DNA of 64,000 nucleotides from Candidatus Woesebacteria bacterium RIFCSPHIGHO2_01_FULL_39_32. GTDB lineage: Bacteria > Patescibacteriota > Microgenomatia > UBA8517. How positions within the stretch are numbered: position 1 is the stretch's first letter; each line of letters begins with the position of its first letter. The stretch is from the NCBI GenBank assembly GCA_001792345.1, contig MGGJ01000004.1, positions 9,697-73,696 of the forward strand, read 5' to 3'. The notes beneath the pieces were generated by a model. That model ran no database searches. It was not told the origin of the DNA and saw only the letters and a program-made list of their open reading frames with translations. The position numbers and the translations under genes are program-made. Below, piece after piece: positions 27,373 through 37,626 of the stretch.

Positions 27373-27849
27373 TTAAGATCCAGGCGGTGTGGGTGTAGGC
27401 TCGGGTATAGGTGCAGACGCTTTAGCTACCCCTCCTCCCTGTTTTTTGGTACCATACCTGCTTCTGGATGATTTTCTGCCAACAACACCTGTTGTATCGT
27501 ATTTGTTTCTTACGACCTTGTATTTAATACCAGGTAAATCCTTCACTGTGCCGCCTCGAACTAAAACTATGGAGTGCTCAGCTAGTTCATGACCCTCACC
27601 CGGAATATATGCTGTGACTTCCTGCTTATTGGAAAGTCTAACCCTAGCAACTTTACGTAAAGCTGAGTTAGGTTTCCTGGGCGTCATTGTTCTCACTTGA
27701 AGCACAACCCCTCGCTTAAAGGGGCTTGGCATTTCTTTAAATAGCCTGTCTTTGGTATTAAACCAGCGCTTTAAAGCAGCCTTTTTTGCCTTTTTCGAAA
27801 TTTTTTTCCTTCCGCGTCTAATTAATTGTGAAACTGTTGGCATACTCAT
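27373..27849 (-). CDS. rpsL: 30S ribosomal protein S12, with a ~30-aa G/P-rich C-terminal extension.
   Basis: [13 protein letters not shown]...[58 protein letters not shown]. Confidence 0.95.
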   Translation of the reverse strand: MSMPTVSQLIRRGRKKISKKAKKAALKRWFNTKDRLFKEMPSPFKRGVVLQVRTMTPRKPNSALRKVARVRLSNKQEVTAYIPGEGHELAEHSIVLVRGGTVKDLPGIKYKVVRNKYDTTGVVGRKSSRSRYGTKKQGGGVAKASAPIPEPTPTPPGS

Positions 27850-27851
27850 TT

Positions 27852-27880
27852 CTAACTTTCTTTTTGAAAAAGAAAGTTAG
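27852..27880 (-). promoter_or_regulatory. Perfect 14-bp-arm palindrome abutting the rpsL start codon (it would occlude the translation initiation region).
   Basis: CTAACTTTCTTTTT-g-AAAAAGAAAGTTAG. On the minus strand the hairpin ends 2 nt before ATG. Confidence 0.45.
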
Positions 27881-27901
27881 GAAAAGAAAATAAATGCTTA
27901 A

Positions 27902-27918
27902 GACCCAGAAACCGGGTC
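27902..27918 (-). terminator. Hairpin ~20 nt after the rpoC stop followed by a T-rich run. It may be a weak terminator or processing site.
   Basis: Minus strand reads GACCC-GGTTTCT-GGGTC followed by TTAAGCATTTATTTTCTTTTCC. Confidence 0.3.
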
Positions 27919-27940
27919 AGTTAAGAATTCTACAATAATC

Positions 27941-30900
27941 TTATCCCTGCGGCAAGCTAATCTCCTGCTTTTTAGAAACTGTCGCACGATTCGGAGTAAC
28001 AGGAATAAGCCGACCAATAATTACATTTTCTTTCAAACCATGAAGTCTATCTTCCTTAGCCATAAGAGCGGCATTTGTTAAAACATCTGTCGTTTGCTGG
28101 AAGGAAGCCGCAGATAACCAGGACTCTGTGAATAAGGCTCGCCTTGTGATTCCCAAAATTACCTGCTGAGCAGAAGCCACTTCCCCACCAGCTGCTAGAA
28201 CTTTCTCATTTTCTTCCTCAAATGTTGCTTTTTCAACCAGTTCTCCCAGAAGAAGTGGTGTGTCACCCGAGGTTATAATCCGAACTTCGTCGCTCATCTT
28301 CCTTACAATAACCTCAAAATGTTTATCATGAATTGGTATCCCCTGGCTTTCATAAACTCTCTGAACTTCACTAACCAAATATTCCTGTGCTGCACGAAGT
28401 CCCTTTATAGATAAAATCTCCCGAATGTCCAATGATCCTTCTGCCAATGGTGTTCCTGCTTCGACAAACTGTTTATCTCGCAATGCAAGTTTTACGGTTT
28501 TTGGAATTAAGTAAGTTCGTTCTTCCTTTGGTTTCGTTTTGACCGATGTAATAGTTATCTTCCAACCTTCTTCCGTATCTCCTATTCGCACCTTTCCTGA
28601 AATTTCAGATAGCGGCGCCAATACTTTAGGTGTACGAGCTTCAATTAATTCTTCGACTCTTGGCAAACCCTGAGTTACGTCGATTCCGACAATTCCAGCA
28701 GCGTGTTTTGTTTTTAAGGTAAGTTGTGTTCCAGGTTCCCCTATTGATTGTGCAGCAACTACACCAACCGGAGTACCTCCTTCAACAACTTGTTTCTTTG
28801 CTAGATCAAGTCCATAACACTTCGTACAAATACCGTAGCGTGAAGCACAAGTTAAAGGAGAATATACTGCTACTTCTTCAACTGGGCTTTGGTCAATATC
28901 TATCGCCTTTTGCTCATCAATAATGTCGCCTTTAGCGACTAATAAATTCGTACCTTTACCCACTTTGACCTTTACATCAAAGGCGGCAAAGCGTCCCATT
29001 ATGCGGGAAGCGAAAGACTTACTTCTTGGGTTTCTGAGTACTAGGTAATAATCCTCTGTTCCGCAATCAGACGTTCTAACAATGACATCGTGAGCAACAT
29101 CCACCAAACGTCGGGTTAGATAACCTGCATCAGCTGTCTTTAATGCTGTGTCTGTTAATCCTTTCCTGGAACCACGGGAGCTGGTTACGTATTCAAAAAC
29201 GGATAAACCTTCTCTAAAATTAGATTTAATAGGCAGTTCAACAATTTTACCTAAAGGGTCAACAACCAGTCCTCTGATTGCCGCAAGCTGTTTTACTTGA
29301 TCCCTGGAGGCACGTCCCACTTTTGCGTCAATTACGATTCGAATAGGACTCGTATCTTCCAAAAGCTCCCATGTTTTATCAGCCAACTCTTCCGTAACCT
29401 CAATCCAAACTTCTTGAGAAAGACGCCGCTTTTCCTCGGTCGTAATTAACCCTTGTGCAAAATTACTTTCGTGCTCAGCCACTTTCGCATTAGCCTCTTT
29501 CAAGATTTTTTCTTTCTCAGGCAAGATTTTTGAATCAAAGATTCCGAAAGAAAGACCGGAAACTGTACCCCCCTTAAATCCCAGGTCTTTAATTGCGTCA
29601 ACCATTGTTACAACTTCCTCACGAGACACGCTCGCAAATGCTCTGGTGAAGAGTTCCTTAATTCTTGATGAGGTTACTGCTTCATTAACAAACTCAAAGC
29701 CGGCAGGTAAAACCTCGTTGAAAAGAATTCTCCCAACTGAAGTATCAAGTAGATCTGAGTCAACACGCAGAGTTATTTTCTGGCGTAGTTCAATTTTTCC
29801 AGTTTGATAAGATAGAAGGGCTTCCTCCTTATCAGCAAAAACTGTTTCACTCGCACCTATCCTTGGGTCAATACTGGTTAGGTAGTAAACTCCAAGTGCC
29901 ATCTCCTTACTCGCTGGAGTTGTTATTGGACTTCCGTCAGCAGGACGAAGAAGATTGTGTTGTGGAAGCATCAGATCCCCGGCTTCCTCAATAGCCTTTT
30001 TGGACAAAGGAACATGAACCGCCATTTGGTCCCCATCAAAATCAGCGTTAAACCCACTACAAACCGCAGGATGTACCCGTATTGCAGAGCCCTCAATCAA
30101 GACTGGATAGAAAGCCTGAATAGAAAGTTTATGTAATGTGGGTGCACGATTTAATAAAACTGGGTGGTCTTTGGTAATCTCATCCAAAATATCAAAAATC
30201 TCGGGTGGTCGACGCTCTAACATATTTTTGGCACTTTTGACATTCGGTGCAATTCCTCGAGATATCATCTCACGCAAAACAAAGGGTTTAAACATTTCCA
30301 AGGCCATATCCTTTGGTAACCCACATTGGTTAAGCCTCAAATCAGGGCCAACAATAATAACCGATCGCCCCGAATAATCTACACGTTTTCCAAGAAGATT
30401 TTGCCTAAACCTTCCCTGCTTACCCCTTAACATGTCGGATAATGATCGAAGTGGCTGTCTACCTCGCCCACGCCGAGTAGCTTTTCGCTGAGACGCATCA
30501 ATCAGAGAATCCACAGACTCCTGAAGCATCCTCTTTTCATTTCGAAGAATGATTTCGGGAGCACCTAATTCAATAAGGTGTTTTAAGCGATTATTTCTAT
30601 TTATTACCCTCCTATATAAATCATTTAAATCGCTCGTTGCAAATCGACCTCCTGAAAGTTGGACCATGGGACGTAAATCGGGAGGAAGAACCGGTAACAC
30701 CTTTACAACCATCCAGGAAGGATTAACTTTTGCGCGTCGAAGTCCGTCAATCAATTTGAGGCGTTTTGTTAACTTTGTATACCTTGTACTATCGCCCTTA
30801 ACATTTTCCAACTCTTTTCTCAAACTCACTACTTCCTCTTCAAGGTTAATTTTCTCTACTGCGGAGAGAACCGCCTCAGCGCCCATTTTTGCCTCAAAAA

Positions 30901-31693
30901 AATCGGCCGCAGAATACATTACAAGCTCTTCGAACTCTTCCTCGGAGAGGACAGACAAGCTTTTAAGACCTCGAACAAGAACAATTAAGTTTTCGAAAAG
31001 TTCCCGGGTTCGTTCTATGGTCGTACGCTCTTCTTCAAGCAGAGCCGTTTCTTTCTTCCTAAGATCAAGTTCGATTTCGGAAATAGTGAGTGCTAGTTGT
31101 TCTTTGTCTTTAATCTTTCCTCGAGCTTTTTCTTTTTCGGCCTCAGATTTGGAAATAAGAGCCTTTCTTCGTTCTTCGAAAAGACCTTTAATTTCTGTTC
31201 CTCGTTCCTTGAATGCTTCTTCAAGTTGTGTTATGGCTTTTTTCTTTCCCTTCTCGTCAACCGAAAGCACCAAGTAGCGCGCGAAATAAATAACCTGTTC
31301 CATGGCTCGAGGCGCAACGTCCAAAAGTAGCGAGACTTTGGAAGGAGCTCCTTTGAAAAACCATACATGAACAGTGGGTGAAGCAAGCGTAATATGACCC
31401 ATCCTTTCTCGTCTCACTCTAGATTGAGTAACCTCAACTCCACATTTATCGCAAACGACTCCTTTATATCGGATTCTTTTATATTTACCACAATAACATT
31501 CCCAATCCTTCGTGGGTCCGAAAATTCTCTCATCAAAAAGGCCATCCTTTTCGGGCTTTAAGGTTCTGTAGTTAATTGTTTCAGGTTTGGTAACTTCCCC
31601 ACGTGACCAGGCTCTTACTTCCTCCGGAGAAGCCAATCGAATAATAAGACTTTTAAAGTCTGTTAAATTTCTTAGTCCTGCTAATGGTTCCAT
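27941..31693 (-). CDS. rpoC: DNA-directed RNA polymerase subunit beta-prime.
   Basis: A 1250-aa protein with the zinc-binding N-terminus (CYCGKYKRIRYKGVVCDKCGVEV), the catalytic-loop signature NADFDGDQMAVH, and a lineage-specific coiled-coil insertion. Confidence 0.97.
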   Translation of the reverse strand: MEPLAGLRNLTDFKSLIIRLASPEEVRAWSRGEVTKPETINYRTLKPEKDGLFDERIFGPTKDWECYCGKYKRIRYKGVVCDKCGVEVTQSRVRRERMGHITLASPTVHVWFFKGAPSKVSLLLDVAPRAMEQVIYFARYLVLSVDEKGKKKAITQLEEAFKERGTEIKGLFEERRKALISKSEAEKEKARGKIKDKEQLALTISEIELDLRKKETALLEEERTTIERTRELFENLIVLVRGLKSLSVLSEEEFEELVMYSAADFFEAKMGAEAVLSAVEKINLEEEVVSLRKELENVKGDSTRYTKLTKRLKLIDGLRRAKVNPSWMVVKVLPVLPPDLRPMVQLSGGRFATSDLNDLYRRVINRNNRLKHLIELGAPEIILRNEKRMLQESVDSLIDASQRKATRRGRGRQPLRSLSDMLRGKQGRFRQNLLGKRVDYSGRSVIIVGPDLRLNQCGLPKDMALEMFKPFVLREMISRGIAPNVKSAKNMLERRPPEIFDILDEITKDHPVLLNRAPTLHKLSIQAFYPVLIEGSAIRVHPAVCSGFNADFDGDQMAVHVPLSKKAIEEAGDLMLPQHNLLRPADGSPITTPASKEMALGVYYLTSIDPRIGASETVFADKEEALLSYQTGKIELRQKITLRVDSDLLDTSVGRILFNEVLPAGFEFVNEAVTSSRIKELFTRAFASVSREEVVTMVDAIKDLGFKGGTVSGLSFGIFDSKILPEKEKILKEANAKVAEHESNFAQGLITTEEKRRLSQEVWIEVTEELADKTWELLEDTSPIRIVIDAKVGRASRDQVKQLAAIRGLVVDPLGKIVELPIKSNFREGLSVFEYVTSSRGSRKGLTDTALKTADAGYLTRRLVDVAHDVIVRTSDCGTEDYYLVLRNPRSKSFASRIMGRFAAFDVKVKVGKGTNLLVAKGDIIDEQKAIDIDQSPVEEVAVYSPLTCASRYGICTKCYGLDLAKKQVVEGGTPVGVVAAQSIGEPGTQLTLKTKHAAGIVGIDVTQGLPRVEELIEARTPKVLAPLSEISGKVRIGDTEEGWKITITSVKTKPKEERTYLIPKTVKLALRDKQFVEAGTPLAEGSLDIREILSIKGLRAAQEYLVSEVQRVYESQGIPIHDKHFEVIVRKMSDEVRIITSGDTPLLLGELVEKATFEEENEKVLAAGGEVASAQQVILGITRRALFTESWLSAASFQQTTDVLTNAALMAKEDRLHGLKENVIIGRLIPVTPNRATVSKKQEISLPQG

Positions 31694-34600
31694 TATATTA
31701 CCTCCTCCACTTCCATTGGTCCTTCAGGAGCAGTTAGCTCTTCAGTCGCCACTACTTCCGCTCCTATTTCCTTTGCAAGCTCAGCGCCTTCTTTCAGTTC
31801 TTCCTCTCCCTCTTCAACATACACCCCCCCTTGAGCTTCAATTGCCAAACCAAGTGAATTAAGCTCTCTTACTAAAACTTTGAAGCTTTCTGGAACTGTT
31901 GCTTCTGGAATATCGGTCCCTTTTACTATTGACTCAAATGCCCTTGCGCGTCCGACAACATCGTCCGATTTGATCGTTAACATTTCCTGTAAAATATAGG
32001 CAGCGCGATGTGCCTCCAGTCCCCAAACCTCCATTTCCCCAAGTCTTTGACCTCCCATCTGAGCCTTACCTCCCAATGGTTGTTGTGTAACCAAAGAGTA
32101 TGGACCGGTTGATCTGGCGTGTGTTTTATCCTCAACCATATGCTTTAACTTGAGGATGTAACCAACCCCAACTACAGTATCTTCTTTAAACATATCTCCG
32201 CTTTTACCGTCATATAGACGTGTCTTTCCGTTAATGGGAAGTCCTGCCTTTTTAAGCTCCATTACCAACATTTCTTCAGTAACATTATCAAAAACAGGAA
32301 TTGACGCTTTCTGGGAAGTCTTTTCTAGTGCCCATCCCAAATGAGCTTCAAGAAGCTGTCCTAAATTCATACGCGCAAGAACAGAAAGAGGAGAAATAAT
32401 AATATCAACTGGAGTCCCATCGGTTAGATATGGCATATCAGCCGCAGGCATTATCTTTGCTATTACGCCTTTATTACCGTGACGTCCTGCTACTTTATCA
32501 CCAACCATTATCTTTCTCATTTGGGCTACCCTTACTATAACTCGCTTTAATACCCCTGGTCCTAATTCATCTCCCTTATCGCGATCTAAAATTGAAACAT
32601 CGACCACGATTCCCCGTTCTCCATGGGGAACGCGGAGGGAAGTATCTCTAACTTCACGCGCCTTTTCGCCAAATATAGCTCGAAGTAACCTCTCCTCTGC
32701 GGTAAGTTCCGTTTCTCCTTTGGGAGCAATTTTACCGACTAAAATGTCATTCGGATCAACTTCAGCACCAATTACAACAATTCCGTCCTCAGCCAAGTTG
32801 GCAAGGTCTGTTTCAGCAACGTTTGGAATATCTCGCGTCAACTCCTCTGGCCCCAGCTTCGTATCTACCACGTCTGCTTCATACTCTTCTATATGAATTG
32901 AAGTCAAGAGGTCCTCTTTTACCACTTTGTCAGAGATTAAAATTGCATCCTCAAATCCATATCCTTCAAAAGATGCGTAAGCAATGACCAAATTGCGTCC
33001 CAGTGCGAGTTCTCCAGCGTCCACCGCCGGACCATCTGCTAAGATTTCTCCCTTTTTTACTTTCCGTCCTACCCCAACGACACCTTTTTGGTTATAGCAG
33101 GTTGAATTTGCAGTGCGGACGAACTTTGTCAAATGGTAAATCAGTCTTTTCCCGCCATCCGCAATGTCTATTTCCTCAAGATTATCTTTTGAGTTTGGAG
33201 TAAAAGGCTTTGAGGAAGAAACTTCAATCCTATCTGCATCAACATAGGAGACTTGCCCATCAGCGAGGGCCATAACAAATCGTCCCATACCTTCGGCGAT
33301 TGATCTTTCCATTCCTGTACCAACGATGGGTGCTTCAGGAGAAATTAGAGGAACTGCCTGACATTGCATGTTTGCTCCCATTAATGCACGGTTGCCTTCA
33401 TCATGAGAAAGGAATGGAATAAGAGAAGAAGAAGCTCCCACTACTTGTCTAGGTGTAATATCGGTTAGGTCAATTAATTCCACCGATCCTTCGGTAACTG
33501 TACCTTTGAAACGATACGGAACTCTCTCATCGGTAATAAATCCTCTCGCATCTGTTGCGATATTTGAGTGTGTGATATGAAGATCTTCTTCATCATCTGC
33601 AGAAAGATAAACAATCTCGTCTGTCAGTCTTACCTTTGTCTTTCCATTTCTAACTACCTTTTCTACCTTTCTGTAGGGAGTTTCTATAAAACCATACTCA
33701 TTTACCCTTGCGTAAAGAGCAAGGTACGTAACAAGACCAATATTGGGCCCTTCAGGAGTTCTAACAGGATCAATCCTTCCATATTGAGAAGAGTTAACGT
33801 CGCGAATTGAGAAGGAGGCCCTTTCCCTATTTATTCCACCCGGCCCAAGTACCGAAACACGACGCAAGTTATCAATTTCTGAAAGTGGGTTTGTATCATC
33901 TAGTATCGTTGAAAGCTGATTTGATCGGAAAAATTCATTAAGGGCTGCAATTAAAGGCCTGGCGTTAATTAGATTTGCTGGAAGCGGTTTATCGTCGGGT
34001 GAAATCAGACTCATTTTTTCTTTAACCGAACGTTCAAGTCTTAATAATCCCACTCTCAAAGCATTCGAAGCAACAAGTTCTCCAACGCGCCTTAATCTAC
34101 GGTTACTCAAGTGATCTATATCGTCAACCCTACCTACTCCATTCTGAAGCCCAATAAGATAGGTTAGTGTGGACACAACATCTTGCCGGGTCAAAACCCA
34201 GTTTGTTTTTTCGTTCGGAGCAGTTGTACCTAGTCTTTTATTTATCTTAAATCTACCAACTTTACCTAAATCGTAACGTCTTGGGTCAAAAAATAACCCT
34301 TGCAAAAGTGCTTCGGCATTTTCCAAGAGTGCAGGTTCCCCAGGTCTCATCTTACGGTAAATCTCCAAAAGAGCATCTTCGCGGGATTTTGCAGGATCTT
34401 TTTCGACCGTTGCACTTGCATATTTGTGTTGAGTATTGGTATCAACTGTTTTAAAAAGCTCTAGAATTTCGGCTTCTGACTCAATCCCCACTGCACGCAA
34501 GATCGCTGAAGCAACAACCTTTCTCCTTCTGTCAATTCGAGCAGCTATAACATCATTACGATCCACCTCAAACTCCAACCATGAACCCCGCAAGGGACGA

Positions 34601-35121
34601 ACCTCCGCCATATAAAGCATGCGTCCAGAGGATGCATCCAGTCCGCCCGAGAAATAAACTCCGGGACTTCTAACGATCTGGTTAATAACAACCCGCTCAA
34701 CCCCGTTTACAATGAATGTTCCGCGTGAGGTCATTTGGGGTAGGTCTCCCAAAAATACCTCTTGGGTTTTCTTCTCGTTTGTCTTTTTGTTGATAAGTGT
34801 TGCGGTTATTTTGAGGGGTATGGAGTAGGTGAGACCTTTTCTTGAAGCTTGGCTGGGAGTAAACTTGGCATTTGCTAATTCAGGCTTTTCAAGGATAAGT
34901 TGCCAGTTCTTCCCTGTAAAGTCGTCAATCGGATTAATTTCTGCTAATTCATCTGCTATGCCCTCCTTGAGAAACCATTCCCATGATTCTCTCTGTACAA
35001 GCGATAGGTTAAGTTCAGGAAGTTTTTTTTCTTCTTTCCCGAAATTTCGTCTTTGAGTCGTCATTTGAGGGTTTTTGGACCAAAAATCCCAAGACACTTC
35101 TTGGGCATAAATTCCCACCAA
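31693..35121 (-). CDS. rpoB: DNA-directed RNA polymerase subunit beta.
   Basis: A 1142-aa protein with the rifampicin-cluster region ...FFGSSQLSQF-like, and GDKVAGRHGNKGVIAKI. It overlaps the rpoC start by 1 nt. Confidence 0.97.
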   Translation of the reverse strand: MVGIYAQEVSWDFWSKNPQMTTQRRNFGKEEKKLPELNLSLVQRESWEWFLKEGIADELAEINPIDDFTGKNWQLILEKPELANAKFTPSQASRKGLTYSIPLKITATLINKKTNEKKTQEVFLGDLPQMTSRGTFIVNGVERVVINQIVRSPGVYFSGGLDASSGRMLYMAEVRPLRGSWLEFEVDRNDVIAARIDRRRKVVASAILRAVGIESEAEILELFKTVDTNTQHKYASATVEKDPAKSREDALLEIYRKMRPGEPALLENAEALLQGLFFDPRRYDLGKVGRFKINKRLGTTAPNEKTNWVLTRQDVVSTLTYLIGLQNGVGRVDDIDHLSNRRLRRVGELVASNALRVGLLRLERSVKEKMSLISPDDKPLPANLINARPLIAALNEFFRSNQLSTILDDTNPLSEIDNLRRVSVLGPGGINRERASFSIRDVNSSQYGRIDPVRTPEGPNIGLVTYLALYARVNEYGFIETPYRKVEKVVRNGKTKVRLTDEIVYLSADDEEDLHITHSNIATDARGFITDERVPYRFKGTVTEGSVELIDLTDITPRQVVGASSSLIPFLSHDEGNRALMGANMQCQAVPLISPEAPIVGTGMERSIAEGMGRFVMALADGQVSYVDADRIEVSSSKPFTPNSKDNLEEIDIADGGKRLIYHLTKFVRTANSTCYNQKGVVGVGRKVKKGEILADGPAVDAGELALGRNLVIAYASFEGYGFEDAILISDKVVKEDLLTSIHIEEYEADVVDTKLGPEELTRDIPNVAETDLANLAEDGIVVIGAEVDPNDILVGKIAPKGETELTAEERLLRAIFGEKAREVRDTSLRVPHGERGIVVDVSILDRDKGDELGPGVLKRVIVRVAQMRKIMVGDKVAGRHGNKGVIAKIMPAADMPYLTDGTPVDIIISPLSVLARMNLGQLLEAHLGWALEKTSQKASIPVFDNVTEEMLVMELKKAGLPINGKTRLYDGKSGDMFKEDTVVGVGYILKLKHMVEDKTHARSTGPYSLVTQQPLGGKAQMGGQRLGEMEVWGLEAHRAAYILQEMLTIKSDDVVGRARAFESIVKGTDIPEATVPESFKVLVRELNSLGLAIEAQGGVYVEEGEEELKEGAELAKEIGAEVVATEELTAPEGPMEVEEVI

Positions 35122-35180
35122 GCATTAGCTCGGTGAATTGAAAAAATGAAACAACGTACTATATGTACGCCTAGAAATGG

Positions 35181-35208
35181 ATTATATAATATAAAGTCAA
35201 TCTGTCAA
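35181..35208 (-). promoter_or_regulatory. Near-consensus sigma70 promoter TTGACA-N16-TATAAT, ~55 nt upstream of rpoB.
   Basis: On the minus strand the -35 TTGACA maps to + 35203-35208 and the -10 TATAAT to + 35181-35186. Confidence 0.45.
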
Positions 35209-35232
35209 TCCCCAACCTGAAAAAGGCCGCTT

Positions 35233-36276
35233 TTACTTCCCCAAATACTTCCTCACATTTTCATTATGTTCGTCTAAGCTCTTGGCATAATGGATATTTC
35301 CTTCAGAATCATGAAGGTAATACAGATATTCAGTGTCTTCGGAATTGATAACAGCTTTAAGTGAATATAGGCCGGGATTGGCAATTGGAGCGGGTGGCAA
35401 ACCACGATATTTATAGGTATTGTAAGGCGAATAAATTAGTAAATTTTCTCTCGTTAAAATTGGCCACCAATTGCATTCACTGTTACTCTTACACTTAATC
35501 GTTGCTGCTGCATACTGCACTGTTGCGTCGACTTGCAAACCCATACCGATATCGAGTCTATTAAAAAGTATTCCTGCAACAACTGGTCTTTCATCGTCAG
35601 ACTTTGTTTCTCTTTCAATTATTGAAGCAAGAGTAACAATACCTTTCAAGTCAAGTCCACCAGCCGCTTTTTCATCTAACAATACATGTTTAAAGGGTAT
35701 CATTTCGCTATCAAAAGTCGTGCTCATTTTATTGACAACGACGGATGCTTTTGTCTCTCGTGGAAAAAGATAAGTATCGGGAAACAAAAATCCTTCCAAG
35801 TGTTCACTAGCTTCTAAAAATTCCTGTCGGAAAATGCTTGCATTCTGCCCTTCTTTTTCAAGGCCTTCAATAAACTTTTCAACAATCTCTTCGCGTCGCA
35901 AACCTTCAGGAATCGTCACCCAAATGTCTTTAGGTCCTTTGATCAAAAGTTCAGCTATCTGTGGAATAGTCAGACTAGGGGAAAGACTATACCTTCCCGC
36001 TTGAATCTTATCCGAATAACCCTTTACTTGAACGTACATTTTAAATGCTAAGGGATTTTTTATAAGACCTTCGCTTTTTAGTTCTTGAGCAATTTGTGAT
36101 GCACCCTTCCCCTTAGTAATCAAGAAATCGACCTTACTAGCATTTGTCGAAACCGCTTTTGAATTCTCATTCCACCACAAAAATCCTCCAATTAAAGCCG
36201 TTACAATTAAAAATATAAAGAAAACTAATACTAAAATACCCCTTTTTACCATGAAATTAAGTTTAACACTGTGCAA
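35233..36276 (-). CDS. mltG: Endolytic murein transglycosylase MltG (YceG family).
   Basis: N-terminal TM, then ...KGASQIAQELKSEGLIKNPLAFKMYVQVKGY...LFPDTYLF...IASIIERET...VAGILFNRL...LQVDATVQYA. Confidence 0.85.
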   Translation of the reverse strand: MHSVKLNFMVKRGILVLVFFIFLIVTALIGGFLWWNENSKAVSTNASKVDFLITKGKGASQIAQELKSEGLIKNPLAFKMYVQVKGYSDKIQAGRYSLSPSLTIPQIAELLIKGPKDIWVTIPEGLRREEIVEKFIEGLEKEGQNASIFRQEFLEASEHLEGFLFPDTYLFPRETKASVVVNKMSTTFDSEMIPFKHVLLDEKAAGGLDLKGIVTLASIIERETKSDDERPVVAGILFNRLDIGMGLQVDATVQYAAATIKCKSNSECNWWPILTRENLLIYSPYNTYKYRGLPPAPIANPGLYSLKAVINSEDTEYLYYLHDSEGNIHYAKSLDEHNENVRKYLGK

Positions 36277-36315
36277 AAGTAATTGAAAATTGACAATTGT
36301 GAATTGAAAATTAAT

Positions 36316-36540
36316 TTAGACTTCTTCGAGGAGAGCTCGGCGATACTTTTTCGTTTTGGAGTCATATATATAAATTCTCCCGCAGGAGTGTACTATTTTA
36401 AAGGTTCCATCTTTTCTTTTTTCCTTTTTGCCTTTATCTAATGGTTGCCCGTCAGCAACACATCGGCCCTGCGAAATGAGCCAGGCTTGAATCGGAGCAA
36501 TTACATTCTTAAGCATTGTAATTTGATTAAAGTATATCAT
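36316..36540 (-). CDS. Small basic hypothetical protein (74 aa) between ruvX and mltG.
   Basis: The only evidence is an ORF in the position where Firmicutes carry a small DUF gene within the alaS-ruvX-mltG cluster. No similarity to a known family was recognised. Confidence 0.4.
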   Translation of the reverse strand: MIYFNQITMLKNVIAPIQAWLISQGRCVADGQPLDKGKKEKRKDGTFKIVHSCGRIYIYDSKTKKYRRALLEEV

Positions 36541-36569
36541 AACTTAATTTAAAAAAAGAGGGCGCTGAA

Positions 36570-36956
36570 TTAATAATTAGCATCCAGATAATCTTGAAGA
36601 ATGAGGGTGGATGAATAAGCATCTTCAAACTCTTTCCTTTTCTTTCTTTTTATTCCTGCTGTAATCGAAAGATCCTGTGCTTCATGCGTAGTTAAAGTCT
36701 CATCCTGAAAAACAACCGGAATACCGAGTTTTTCTTCCAACTTCCTCCCAAATTCTTTCGTCTCCTCGGCCATCTTTCCCTCGGAAATACCAATCACAAT
36801 TTTTTCAATTTTAAATTGCAATACAATTTTTTTTATTTCTTCTCCTAGTTTCCTAATATCCTGATATCTTAATATCTTAAAAGGCTCGGCTAACGAGCCT
36901 TCAGAAATTGCCAGTCCAATTTTTTTTCTTCCGTAGTCAACTCCCAATATATGCAT
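36570..36956 (-). CDS. ruvX: Putative pre-16S rRNA nuclease / Holliday-junction resolvase-like protein YqgF/RuvX.
   Basis: MHILGVDYGRKKIGLAISEG..AEPF.I...................IVIGIS.G. Confidence 0.85.
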   Translation of the reverse strand: MHILGVDYGRKKIGLAISEGSLAEPFKILRYQDIRKLGEEIKKIVLQFKIEKIVIGISEGKMAEETKEFGRKLEEKLGIPVVFQDETLTTHEAQDLSITAGIKRKKRKEFEDAYSSTLILQDYLDANY

Positions 36957-37626
36957 GATTATTGTCGACAGGTGTAAGACGTGCCCTAACTATTAATCTT
37001 TTTGGCTTTCGTGGGTCCCCTGGTGGACTACACGTTACAAGGGTCAGGTATGAACTACTTGAATCCTGCTCCAAAATCTGAATATCATTTGGGCTTACTT
37101 CAAAAAGGTTTTCTACTGTGAATTTATAGCGTATTCCGTCATAATCCACAATAACTTCGTCGCCTTTATCCAACTTATCAAGCGTCGAAAATATTGCTAA
37201 GTAATTCTCCGGATTATAAAAAATAGGCAAAATCGAGTGACCAAATATTACGGTGTTACCAACTTTGCCTGGTAGAGCAGTGTCCGGAAACTGAATTAGA
37301 CTTTGAGACAAATCTTCGCCTCCAATTGCAACTGTAGCATTTTCAACTTTCAGCTTCGGGATTGAAATGGTAAAGTATTTAACATTCTCCGAAACGTATT
37401 CTTTTTTATCTACCCCCTCAAACCAATTGCTAGCCTTAGTGTAATCTTTTTGGGAAAACGTAAAGCTCGCAGTTTCCTCGTCGACGAGTGGACTAATTAG
37501 AACTGGATAGCGTTTTGCGGACTCCCATTCGTAAGAAACAATTGGAAAGATAGTCGAAAAAAGAATAACCAGGCCCGAAAAAGCCATTATCCCAGCACAA
37601 ATTTTGATAATACGTCTATGGGTCAT
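36937..37626 (-). CDS. Sortase family transpeptidase with an N-terminal membrane anchor.
   Basis: N-terminal TM is ICAGIMAFSGLVILFSTIF. The catalytic His context is VIFGHS and the TLxTC active-site motif is LTLVTCSPPG. The catalytic Arg lies in the C-terminal LIVRARL. Confidence 0.8.
   Translation of the reverse strand: MTHRRIIKICAGIMAFSGLVILFSTIFPIVSYEWESAKRYPVLISPLVDEETASFTFSQKDYTKASNWFEGVDKKEYVSENVKYFTISIPKLKVENATVAIGGEDLSQSLIQFPDTALPGKVGNTVIFGHSILPIFYNPENYLAIFSTLDKLDKGDEVIVDYDGIRYKFTVENLFEVSPNDIQILEQDSSSSYLTLVTCSPPGDPRKPKRLIVRARLTPVDNNHAYIGS

Noticed and set aside
30549-31277. 242-aa plus-strand ORF (Ser/Arg-rich) and several other 60-140-aa ORFs inside rpoC, rpoB, fusA, tuf, ftsK and the giant protein gene
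   Set aside because: They are antisense to long, well-supported conserved genes, have low-complexity composition and match no known family. They are antisense-frame artefacts typical of AT-rich coding DNA.
36316-36540. Assigning the 74-aa ORF to DUF1292 (YrzB), the small gene found between ruvX and mltG in Firmicutes
   Set aside because: The position matches, but the sequence is basic and K-rich, unlike the acidic YrzB. It is left as hypothetical.
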